From Thermodesulfovibrionales bacterium (GTDB taxonomy: Bacteria; Nitrospirota; Thermodesulfovibrionia; Thermodesulfovibrionales; UBA6898), in assembly GCA_044450345.1 (NCBI GenBank), contig JBIOIY010000002.1, forward strand, positions 154,887 to 218,886: DNA of 64,000 nt. Direction: 5' to 3'. The translations under genes and the position numbers were made by a program. The notes beneath the pieces are model-generated. The model was not told where the DNA came from and did not search any database. It saw nothing but the letters and a program-made list of their open reading frames with translations. Below are positions 10,965 to 19,537 of this stretch, one piece after another. How positions within the stretch are numbered: the stretch's first letter is position 1; the number at the start of each line of letters is the position of its first letter.

Positions 10965-12308
10965 CTAGCTTGCTCGCGCCTTAAGGAAAGCGGGAATCGC
11001 ATTCGCTTCCCTGGGTCCTACTGTTATCTTCCATCCCGGGAGCTTGTCCTCGATAGAACCGCTCAATATAGCGACGTATCCCGGGATAATAAGTTCCTTG
11101 TGGGATATCTCCTTATCAACGCCGCTCTCCGTGATAAACTGTGCTATCTTCGATGCGGTGAATTTTCCCGCTGCCCATCCGGTCAGGACCGAAAGCCCTT
11201 CGCAATCTAACACGGCCAATCTGCTCGGCACCTTGCTGTTCTCTATTTCTCCTGAAACGATAAAGTAGGTGAGGGAGAAATTAGACGTGATGAAGAGCGG
11301 AGCCTCCGTCTTCGCATCCCCTATAGTATAGATTTTCTGTTCTACCTGCATCGGGACCTGCGGGTCGGTATAGATGTTCTGGCGCAGGGTAAACAGGGCA
11401 AGGTTCTTCCATTTTTCGATGCTGCTCAAAACGACTATTGAAGAATATTTGGCCACGCCGATAACAGCAATAAGGGCTTCATGAAGGCTATCTTCACGCT
11501 GCGCAAAATTGATCACAGGATATCCCACGGGCTTGAAATTCTTTTTTACGGCGGCCCTTCTCATAAGCGTGTTGTGTTCGAGAATGTCCTTTGCTTTCCT
11601 TGCGCCCGAGTCTATCACCATATCCTCAACGCCAAGGCCTTTGATCTTTTCTGTGAGATCGCAGAGCTCATCGAGGCCGTTTCCAACAACCCCGAGGACG
11701 GCCTTGTGCGTCTTGGCGACAGCCGCCATTGCTTCGAAATTTGAAGCGTTCGCGCCATACACAACCGGCCTTTTACCCGCAAACAGTTTGATCGCGGTCT
11801 CTGCGGCCTTGGGATCAGCGGTGCAAAGGATCACGGGAACATCGGGGGCCTTGCCGGCAACCACTTTTGCTGCGGCTTCGAACTTGCCCGCATCATTCGA
11901 TGCATTCGTAAGTGCGATAGCGTTAATCCTCAACTTTTGACCGACGCGGTCTATTTCAGACCCGAGCACCTCTCCGGCCAGCTTGGATATTTCGCCCTCT
12001 GAAGCAGTGTCCCTTATCTCGACGGCAAAGACGCAGGGATTCACGAATTTCTTCTCATGTCTGAACAGGACAGTCTCCTCCCCCATCTTTACTGCCATGC
12101 CGCCGACACCAAAGGTTATCGGCCTGACAGGCGGGGCAGACGCCTCGCCGAGTACCCTTTTTGCCTCTTCAGATACGTCCGGGCATGAATCAAGTGTCGC
12201 TTGCCGCTGGGCAAGTTTCATCGCAAAGGCAAGGCAGGTAGGATGTCCGCATTTCTTACAATTTGTTTTCGGTAACAGCTTAAATATTTCAACGCCTGAT
12301 AACGCCAT
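10965..12308 (-). CDS. acsC: Corrinoid iron-sulfur protein large subunit
   Basis: LPKTNCKKCGHPTCLAFA; NIYTDPQ; GPREA. Confidence 0.97.
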   Translation of the reverse strand: MALSGVEIFKLLPKTNCKKCGHPTCLAFAMKLAQRQATLDSCPDVSEEAKRVLGEASAPPVRPITFGVGGMAVKMGEETVLFRHEKKFVNPCVFAVEIRDTASEGEISKLAGEVLGSEIDRVGQKLRINAIALTNASNDAGKFEAAAKVVAGKAPDVPVILCTADPKAAETAIKLFAGKRPVVYGANASNFEAMAAVAKTHKAVLGVVGNGLDELCDLTEKIKGLGVEDMVIDSGARKAKDILEHNTLMRRAAVKKNFKPVGYPVINFAQREDSLHEALIAVIGVAKYSSIVVLSSIEKWKNLALFTLRQNIYTDPQVPMQVEQKIYTIGDAKTEAPLFITSNFSLTYFIVSGEIENSKVPSRLAVLDCEGLSVLTGWAAGKFTASKIAQFITESGVDKEISHKELIIPGYVAILSGSIEDKLPGWKITVGPREANAIPAFLKARAS

Positions 12309-12322
12309 TTGATTGACCTCCG

Positions 12323-13264
12323 TTACATTAGTTCTTCAATGGTTTTTTGGACGGCCTCAACCGCCTTTGGATGTCTCATAATAAGCAACTCAGCACCGGC
12401 AACAAGCAAGGCGGTAGCTGTAACAGCCTCCCATGCGATGCCGCGCTCCTCGACAGTACCCCAGTGAGGCAGATCCGTCTCGGATGCTTGAGCCTCCTTG
12501 ACCTTCCAGACATACATTCCGACGTCGCCCATTAGAGGCGGCTGCATGGTGGCGTCATTCTGCGTCAGCGCTGCGAGTCGTATCCTCTCCATGACCGAAT
12601 AGGTATATTCAAGCCCGTATCCCAGTGCCGAGCACATGGGGTCCGTTATCAGTTTTTCCTTCTCGAAACCCATCTGGCCAATAAGGATGTTGAGCTGTTT
12701 CGAGAGGTTTATATCAAGCTCAGACATGGCGATAAGCTTATGATTGTTTGCCATTGCCGCGGCAGCTATCGTCTTATAGTTCGCCTCCTGGGCCTTGCCG
12801 ATGATGCAGTTCTTATCCTTTGCCGCCTCGGCAGCAGCCACGAGCACTGCCGAATCCTTTTCAGGATGGTTGCTTCCGAGGACGACGAGGGGCACATTAA
12901 TGGACGCCAGAACGTCCTTCACTGTCTTCGCAGCATCTTCAGGTGAGCGGTTTTCCCTGTCAGGATGAGTACCGATCAGCCTCAACGCTATAGCCTTCGC
13001 CTTGAGTTCATCCTGGCAATATCTGGCCCACTTAACCGGATCACCCGAAACCCCCTCAAATGGTTTCTTCACGTTCTCCGGCCAGTCCGCAGGCGGCACG
13101 TCCTGGATCTCAAGTGCAATAACCGGCCTGTTCGGAGCACTGCCTTCAAAAGAATGGAAAGGGAGAACGTTTTCTCCTCCGACCGTAGCCGCGCTATCCC
13201 CCATTCCGATGGTTACGGGATATACCTTCCCCGAATATGTCTCTTTTGCTGGTGTAAAAGCCAT
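12323..13264 (-). CDS. acsD: Corrinoid iron-sulfur protein small subunit
   Basis: ALGYGLEYTYSVMERIRLAAL; MRHP. Confidence 0.96.
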   Translation of the reverse strand: MAFTPAKETYSGKVYPVTIGMGDSAATVGGENVLPFHSFEGSAPNRPVIALEIQDVPPADWPENVKKPFEGVSGDPVKWARYCQDELKAKAIALRLIGTHPDRENRSPEDAAKTVKDVLASINVPLVVLGSNHPEKDSAVLVAAAEAAKDKNCIIGKAQEANYKTIAAAAMANNHKLIAMSELDINLSKQLNILIGQMGFEKEKLITDPMCSALGYGLEYTYSVMERIRLAALTQNDATMQPPLMGDVGMYVWKVKEAQASETDLPHWGTVEERGIAWEAVTATALLVAGAELLIMRHPKAVEAVQKTIEELM

Positions 13265-13350
13265 CTTATCCTCCTAATAATCAGTATCAGTGTTTAGTAT
13301 CAGTGCGTTATGTCAGTCCGGATTCATTATCCTGACTGATACTGCATTTA

Positions 13351-14208
13351 TCACATTTCGAGATACGAATGGGCGTAAAGGGTATTGCCCCTAATGACAT
13401 CAAGCGTCTTTGTTATCTCCGCCATTTTTTTTGCGTCATCAAGCTTCTTCCCGGCCAGAACATCGTCAAACAGTTTCTTTTCATTAATGGCCTCTGCCAT
13501 CTCGTGGGCGTCAGCAATGGCGGAGGTCAGTCCCGCATTCATAAGCATTAAAAAATAATATTTATTCAATATCGGTCTTAGCTGCTTAGGGCAACCGTTG
13601 GAAATATTGCTCAGCCCGACAACGGTTTTCATCGGTGGATCGTTCATTTCCTGAAACATCTTAATCGCCTCAATAACTTTCATTGCGTGGTCCTGAGAAG
13701 TTGCGATCTGAAGGACCAACGGATCAAGATATAAGTCTTCAAGTGGCACCCCATACTCCATTGCCCTAGCCATTATATCCGCAGCTAGTGCAGCCCTTTC
13801 CCCGGCGTCTGCAGGAAGTCCGCCTTTCCCCACCGTAAGCCCAATGACTTGTGCCTTATATTTCGCTCCAAGTTCAAGAATAGGGAATCTCTCGGGGTCA
13901 TTGGATGTTGAATTAATTAATGCCCTGCCCCACTGATTGTTATGGACTTTCAATCCTGCCTCTATTGCCTTTGCATTTGTTGTATCAAGGCATACCGGCA
14001 GAGAGACGACCTCTTGAATCGTTGTAACCATCCACTGCATCAAATCCTCTCCGCCGTCTTCTGCAGGGCCTATATTGGCATCAATTACGCCGGACCCCTC
14101 CTTCCACTGTCGGGTCGCGATCTCCTGTATCGGTCCCTTGTCTTTCTTCATCATCGCTTCTCTGACCTTCTTCGCTATGATGCTCAACTTTTCGCCTATT
14201 ATCAGCAT
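13351..14208 (-). CDS. acsE: Methyltetrahydrofolate:corrinoid protein methyltransferase
   Basis: MLIIGEK, DTTN, INS, DPL, GLSNISNG pterin-binding fold; position in acs operon. Confidence 0.92.
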   Translation of the reverse strand: MLIIGEKLSIIAKKVREAMMKKDKGPIQEIATRQWKEGSGVIDANIGPAEDGGEDLMQWMVTTIQEVVSLPVCLDTTNAKAIEAGLKVHNNQWGRALINSTSNDPERFPILELGAKYKAQVIGLTVGKGGLPADAGERAALAADIMARAMEYGVPLEDLYLDPLVLQIATSQDHAMKVIEAIKMFQEMNDPPMKTVVGLSNISNGCPKQLRPILNKYYFLMLMNAGLTSAIADAHEMAEAINEKKLFDDVLAGKKLDDAKKMAEITKTLDVIRGNTLYAHSYLEM

Positions 14209-14749
14209 TACTTCGCACTCCTTTCCTTAACTTTTCATTATAAATTTCTCATGAAAAAAAAATGTGAGAATCCTTCAAAAAACAGAGCATCAACAACAGT
14301 TAATAATAAATCTTATAGATACTCCTTAGAATAATCCTAAGAACAATAACATATTTTAATAAGCCCATAAAATTTATTATTTTAATAAAGTTAATAAGTT
14401 TTTTTTATTAACTAATAAGATTTTACCGGCCTCCTTTCCGCAAAAAAGATCAAAATAGGCAACATTGTCTAATTTACCATGTAGCGACACGTAAAGATAG
14501 GAAAAATAACATATTTTGGACTCCAAAATAAAGCACTTGGGTGATAGTTTTAATTTATAAATGCATAAGCATTACCCAAAAGGCCTATGCCGACACTTCT
14601 ATACGGCAAAACTGCCCACCAGTGGTGACACTCCATGCTTCTTCCTGCCAATAATTCCCCCCCTATCTTAAATCGGCTTGGTATCACTTAGTCGGACACG
14701 TAAGCTTCCCCAAAAAGCAGACATTTTTCAAGAATACTTAGAATCCTTT

Positions 14750-16009
14750 TTAACAGGGTGATGTCGACCTGCTGTAATTCACCCCTTTTTCGAGCCCTTC
14801 GATCCTGAAAAGCGGCTCTCCTGCGATCAGTTCCCCGAGCCTTTCGGGCTTCAGTTGATTATAGAAAACAGGCATCACCAGATTACCGTCGTCGCGATAG
14901 CCGATCAAGTTCTTTCTTAACGACCCATCCCTGAGAATTATATCAGTGATCTGGAGTTTCCGGTAGAGCCTGATATACGTGTTGATGCCGACACTGTCAG
15001 GCTGGACCCTCCTGAATAGATCCAGGTAAAAAAGGAGTGTATCCTCCTCCTCATAGGGAAAACCGCAAAGAAAATCCACTACGATCTTGAGTCCGCTTGA
15101 CTTAGCGAGGAATATCATCTTTTCGATGTCGGTCCAGTACATAGGGCACTTCTTCCAGGAATCAACAGTGAGCGTTATCAAGGAAACCCCGCTATCCTTC
15201 ATCAGCCTGAAGAGCTTTTTATTATAGTTTGCCGGTTTCATATAAAGGGCCCAGTCAATGCCCAGTCCTTCCTTTATTAATGAGCTGCAAAAATCCAGCG
15301 CATAATCGAGGTCTTCGTTAAATTCAGAGTCGCAGAGGTGGAAGCGCTTACATCCGGCATCGACGAACTGCCGGATCTCGCCGACAACATCCTGAATTCT
15401 TTTGAATGACACCCTGGTATTCGCTTCGATACAATACACACAGGACGAACTGCAGCCCTTGTGCGTATCGAAGCCCGCGATTCCCCCATGTTCGACATAT
15501 TTTTCGTAATCTATTTTATCCGCCTTGCGCGGACACGAAATATCATATCGATATTTTCTGGAATGTATTTTCTGCCCCATGTTCTCTCCCCTGCCGATAT
15601 CGGCAAGCAGTTCATCGATGCAGCCTTCGGCAGGCCCGGTAACCGCGTAATCGGTGCCTAGGTATTCAAGGACACTCTCAGGATCAGTCGCCATCCCACT
15701 CCCTCCCAAAATTACCTTCAACCCGCACAACTGTCTTATGTGCGATACGATATCTCTTATGTCATCGAGAAAGAATTCATTTGTCTGGTGGAGGACTGTA
15801 TCCACGTTCCTTACGGTAATACCGACAATATCGGGCTTAAATTCAACCACCGCCTTATCGATATCACCAAAGGGGGAATCGGAAAAACAGAGGTCGAGTA
15901 TCTCCACCGCGTGACCTGATTCCTCGAGTGTGCCGGCAACATGTTCGAGCCCTATCGGCGGCACGGGAGGGGATTTATACCTGTTGGGATTAATCAGAAG
16001 GACTCTCAT
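14750..16009 (-). CDS. B12-binding radical SAM protein, TsrM-like
   Basis: N-terminal B12 domain (INPN..PPIGL..GITVRNVDT), CSSSCVYC, DSEFN. Confidence 0.85.
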   Translation of the reverse strand: MRVLLINPNRYKSPPVPPIGLEHVAGTLEESGHAVEILDLCFSDSPFGDIDKAVVEFKPDIVGITVRNVDTVLHQTNEFFLDDIRDIVSHIRQLCGLKVILGGSGMATDPESVLEYLGTDYAVTGPAEGCIDELLADIGRGENMGQKIHSRKYRYDISCPRKADKIDYEKYVEHGGIAGFDTHKGCSSSCVYCIEANTRVSFKRIQDVVGEIRQFVDAGCKRFHLCDSEFNEDLDYALDFCSSLIKEGLGIDWALYMKPANYNKKLFRLMKDSGVSLITLTVDSWKKCPMYWTDIEKMIFLAKSSGLKIVVDFLCGFPYEEEDTLLFYLDLFRRVQPDSVGINTYIRLYRKLQITDIILRDGSLRKNLIGYRDDGNLVMPVFYNQLKPERLGELIAGEPLFRIEGLEKGVNYSRSTSPC

Positions 16010-16152
16010 GGCTCTATAATAAAATAATGGACGATATTATTGTCCAGTGCAGCACCCCAATTAATGTGAGACCTTCTCACTGAAATAGTCCGCATGATAT
16101 ACTTCCTGAAATCAACTTGAAAATGACCTATTGAAGAAGTAAAGGGTACAAC

Positions 16153-16218
16153 CTTTACCGACTGAACTAAGGTGAACGGTGGGTTTTTACCGCGTTCCTC
16201 TTGAGCGACTCGTTAGAC
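16153..16218 (-). mobile_element. Integron attC site with degenerate crossover
   Basis: GTCTAAC-GAGTC-GCTCAAGA...CCTTAGT-TCAGTC-GGTAAAG; box spacing as in canonical attC, with GTT changed to GGT. Confidence 0.8.
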
Positions 16219-16224
16219 GGCGGT

Positions 16225-16786
16225 TCACTGATTTTTCTTTAGGTCTTTAATTAATTGGCTTAGAAGCCTGAGTTGTTCCTGTTGATGTGAAATAAGTTCA
16301 CTCCATGGCTTCTCCCTAAGCAAGTCTATTTTCTCATGGAGCGTCATTATTTCAAGCTCCGCCTTTAAGTTGACTTCGTTAATCGTGCTCCGCGCTTAGT
16401 CGATCTTTGGAGGCCTGTCGGTTTTGAGACATCAAGATTATTGGGGCTTGAATGGCGGCAAGGATAGACAAAAAGAAGATTTAGCAGAATGTACGGGTAT
16501 GGATCAAATGATTTATCAAGCTTGATCAGAACGAACGAATTCAGGAAAACCCAAGTAACCATTACAACCGCAAAGATTGAGATGAAAACCAAGAGCCTCC
16601 AAAAGTTGCGACCTTATCAGCCATCCTCTGGCCGAAAGTCAGTTGTTCGGAAAAGTCTTGAGCGACATTCCTTGCAATGTGGGTTCTCTCGGCGAGATGA
16701 TGAGCAACATGCTTCTCTTGCTTGCCAAGTTGCTCATATTTCGTGCGAAAAAGCTTTTCTGATATTTCGACTTCTTTTTGATTCAT
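16225..16786 (-). pseudogene. DUF1003 membrane protein, three frameshifts, carried as an integron cassette
   Basis: TFGQRMADKVATFGGSW / FDPYPYILLNL / AAIQAPIILMSQNRQ / EVNLKAELEI in shifting frames (near 16589, 16471, 16380). Confidence 0.88.
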
Positions 16787-16807
16787 CGTGTTATCCTTTG
16801 GATTGTG

Positions 16808-16850
16808 GTCTAACATTATTTTTTATGCCGAATGCGTATTCTCGGATAAC
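16808..16850 (-). mobile_element. Cassette core site GTTAGAC and upstream attI-like sequence
   Basis: GTTATCCGAGAATACGCATTCGGCATAAAAAATAAT-GTTAGAC; the core is the exact complement of the attC inverse core GTCTAAC. Confidence 0.55.
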
Positions 16851-16990
16851 ACTCTGAATGTGTCGGCGTAGTTCATCGGCGTTCTCATTGCGCCGTCGGC
16901 AATAATGTGATTGGCGATATCAACGCATATCTCTATCATCATCTGTAGCGTTCTTTCAATAATACGCTGGGCCTTCCAATCAGCCTGATA
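16823..16990 (-). pseudogene. Internal fragment of a DUF86/HepT-like (HEPN) toxin
   Basis: YQADWKAQRIIERTLQMMIEICVDIANHIIADGAMRTPMNYADTFRVLSEN; lacks the N-terminus and the RxxxxH motif. Confidence 0.8.
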
Positions 16991-18703
16991 TCAGTCGGCG
17001 TCAGGGAACCGCACAAGCGTTCCCCGCTTTTGTCCGCCGTATCTGAATATGGTAATCCCCTTGCAGCCCTTTTCATACGCCAGGAGGTATGCGCGGGCTA
17101 CGTCTTCCTTCTTTGCTTTTTTCGGCAGGTTGATCGTTTTTGAGACGGCGTTGTCGGTGTATCTCTGAAAGCGGGCCTGCATTTCGATGTGGTCTACATA
17201 ATTAATCTCGTGAGCAGTCTTGTATAACCGTCGGATCTTCTGCGGGACTTCCCGCATGGCCCGGAGGGTCCCTCGCCGGACGATTTTTTCTTCCAATTCT
17301 TCGGAGTAGAACCCGAGTTCTTTCGCCGTCTCAAAGAAAAGCCTGTTCACCTCATAGAGTTCAGTGTCCATAATGAGTCTCTTATATGCAAGGGCGAAGA
17401 GCGGCTCGATTCCGCTCGAGCAATCGGCTATTATAGAGAGGGTGCCCGTCGGTGCTATTGTCGTCGTTGTCGCGTTCCTTACCCCCGGCATGCCGGGGGC
17501 GTCGTAAACAGACCCTTTGAAATTGGGAAAAACGCCCCTTTTGTCGGCGAGATCGGCGGAGCACTCTCGGGCCCTGTCTCTAAAGAATTTCATAAAATTT
17601 TCTGCGAGGTTGAACGCCTTCGTATTATCGTATGGCACCCCGACGGATATCAGCATATCGGCCCAGCCCATCACCCCGAGTCCTATTTTCCTGTTGCCTT
17701 TGTGCATCGTCTCGATCGCGGGAAGAGGATATTTGTTGATATCGATCGTATCGTCGAGGAACCTGACGGCGGCGGCGATATCTTCCGAAAGCGCCGCGAA
17801 ATCTATTGCCGTACGTCCCGACTTCCGCGTCACGTACTTATTGAGGTTTAACGAACCCAGAACGCACGCCTCGTTAGGAAGAAGAGGCTGCTCTCCGCAT
17901 GGGTTCGTCGATTCCATTCTTCCCATGTGCGGAGTGGGGTTTGCCTTGTTTATCGCGTCGATAAACACTACGCCCGGATCACCGGTTTCCCACGCGCTAT
18001 TCACAATCTCGTCAAAGACGTCCCTTGCCCTGATTTTCCTGTATACCTCCTTTGTCCTCGGATTAAAGAGCTCGTACTCGCCGTCCCGACGCAGGGCCTC
18101 CATGAAGGCGTCCGTCACCGCAACGGAGATGTTAAAATTCCGGAGTTCTCCCGCATCCCTCTTGATCTTTATGAACTCGAGTATGTCGGGATGGTCGACG
18201 CTCAATATGCCCATATTCGCACCGCGCCGGGCGCCGCCCTGTTTTATCACCTCGGTTGCAGTATCGAAGACCCTCATGAAGGACACCGGACCGCTCGCGA
18301 CACCGCCGGTAGAGCGGACAACGTCGGCCTTCGGCCTCAGGTGCGAAAAAGAGAAACCGGTACCTCCGCCGCTCTGAAGGATCATGGCCGCGTCCTTCAG
18401 GGAATTGAAGATGCTGTCCATAGAGTCCTCCACCGGAAGCACAAAGCATGCGGCGAGCTGGCCAAGGCTTTTCCCTGCGTTCATCATAGCCGGTGAATTC
18501 GGAAGAAATTTGAGGTCCTTCATCAGAGTAAAAAAGCGTTCGGTCCAGTAGTCTTCATCTCCGTCGTAATTCTTTTCCGCCCCGGCAACGCTCTTGGCGA
18601 CTCTGAAGAACATCTCTTCGGGGGTCTCGGTCACCCTGCCCGTCTCGTCTTTCAGAAGGTATCTGTTCCTCAAGACAGTCTTTGCGTTCTCGCTCAATTC
18701 CAT
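16991..18703 (-). CDS. nrdJ: Adenosylcobalamin-dependent (class II) ribonucleotide reductase, short form
   Basis: FLPNSPAMMNAG, ACFV, TNPCGEQ, APTGT, SKTIN, GCKG; ATG at 18703 preferred. Confidence 0.95.
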   Translation of the reverse strand: MELSENAKTVLRNRYLLKDETGRVTETPEEMFFRVAKSVAGAEKNYDGDEDYWTERFFTLMKDLKFLPNSPAMMNAGKSLGQLAACFVLPVEDSMDSIFNSLKDAAMILQSGGGTGFSFSHLRPKADVVRSTGGVASGPVSFMRVFDTATEVIKQGGARRGANMGILSVDHPDILEFIKIKRDAGELRNFNISVAVTDAFMEALRRDGEYELFNPRTKEVYRKIRARDVFDEIVNSAWETGDPGVVFIDAINKANPTPHMGRMESTNPCGEQPLLPNEACVLGSLNLNKYVTRKSGRTAIDFAALSEDIAAAVRFLDDTIDINKYPLPAIETMHKGNRKIGLGVMGWADMLISVGVPYDNTKAFNLAENFMKFFRDRARECSADLADKRGVFPNFKGSVYDAPGMPGVRNATTTTIAPTGTLSIIADCSSGIEPLFALAYKRLIMDTELYEVNRLFFETAKELGFYSEELEEKIVRRGTLRAMREVPQKIRRLYKTAHEINYVDHIEMQARFQRYTDNAVSKTINLPKKAKKEDVARAYLLAYEKGCKGITIFRYGGQKRGTLVRFPDAD

Positions 18704-18709
18704 AGGCAC

Positions 18710-18737
18710 ATTATATCAGACAAATACCGACTTACAA
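18710..18737 (-). promoter_or_regulatory. Sigma70-type promoter of nrdJ, probably leaderless
   Basis: TTGTAA-16nt-(TG)TATAAT, 6 nt before the ATG; no SD. Confidence 0.65.
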
Positions 18738-18808
18738 GCCGAATGACCGGATGAAGAATCGACTCGTGGTACCGCTGTCGCCCATGGAGAACAAAACACT
18801 TTTAACAC

Positions 18809-18868
18809 TGTCATTCTGGCTTGTCCAGAATCTTTTCTCGGAAAGACTCCCGACAAGCGGGAGTGACA
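18809..18868. repeat. GTCAT-type REP-like double-hairpin element
   Basis: TGTCATTCTGGcttgtCCAGAATC...CTCCCGacaagCGGGAGTGACA. Confidence 0.75.
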
Positions 18869-18976
18869 ATTAAAATGCAACGAATTCCCTAAAAAAAACC
18901 CGGCTTCGAGTAATTCTTCAGATTAAATTTTTGCTTCGCAATTTTTGCGGACAGGAAATAAAGACGAGAGGTGAGA

Positions 18977-19534
18977 TCAACTTCTATTGAACTTGTTCAT
19001 CGCCTTTTCTGCGCCCTCCAGGATGATGAACAGTATCGAATCGGCGGCCCTTCCCACAGCCTCTTTGACCAGCGGCAGTTCCTCTTTTGTGAATTTCGAA
19101 AGGACGTATTTCTCAACAGGGACAAATTGGTCTCTGCCTATGCCGACTTTCACTCTTGTAAAATCGCCCGATCCGATGCTCTGGATGATAGATTCCACCC
19201 CTTTATGTCCCCCCGAGGAACCTTTCCTGCGGATCTTCAGTTTGCCTGTTTCGAGATCGAGATCGTCATGTACCACTATCATATTTTCGGGAGGTACAGC
19301 GAACTTGTCGGCGACTTTTCTGACGGCGGAACCGCTCCTGTTCATAAACGTCAACGGCTCCATGATGGCGATCCTTTCGCCCTCAATGGAGCCGTCACAA
19401 ATCTTATAGTCGGCCTTTTCCCTAAATTCCAGGCCCTCTCTACGAGAAAATTCCTCTACTACCAGAAAGCCGATGTTATGGCGCGTTCTGGCATACCGGC
19501 TGCCCGGGTTTCCAAGTCCGACGAGGAGCCACAA
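18977..19534 (-). CDS. pth: Peptidyl-tRNA hydrolase
   Basis: GLGNPG..TRHNIGF; HDDLD; GGHKG. Confidence 0.97.
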   Translation of the reverse strand: MWLLVGLGNPGSRYARTRHNIGFLVVEEFSRREGLEFREKADYKICDGSIEGERIAIMEPLTFMNRSGSAVRKVADKFAVPPENMIVVHDDLDLETGKLKIRRKGSSGGHKGVESIIQSIGSGDFTRVKVGIGRDQFVPVEKYVLSKFTKEELPLVKEAVGRAADSILFIILEGAEKAMNKFNRS

Positions 19535-19537
19535 ATA

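Noticed and set aside
14580..14740. Possible cobalamin riboswitch upstream of acsE
   Set aside because: Only fragments (GGGAA, CCACTG); no convincing B12 box; an Infernal scan would be needed
16991..16993. Possible Sec read-through of the nrdJ TGA into the in-frame DUF86 fragment
   Set aside because: No SECIS-like hairpin and no redox motif; most likely a coincidental junction
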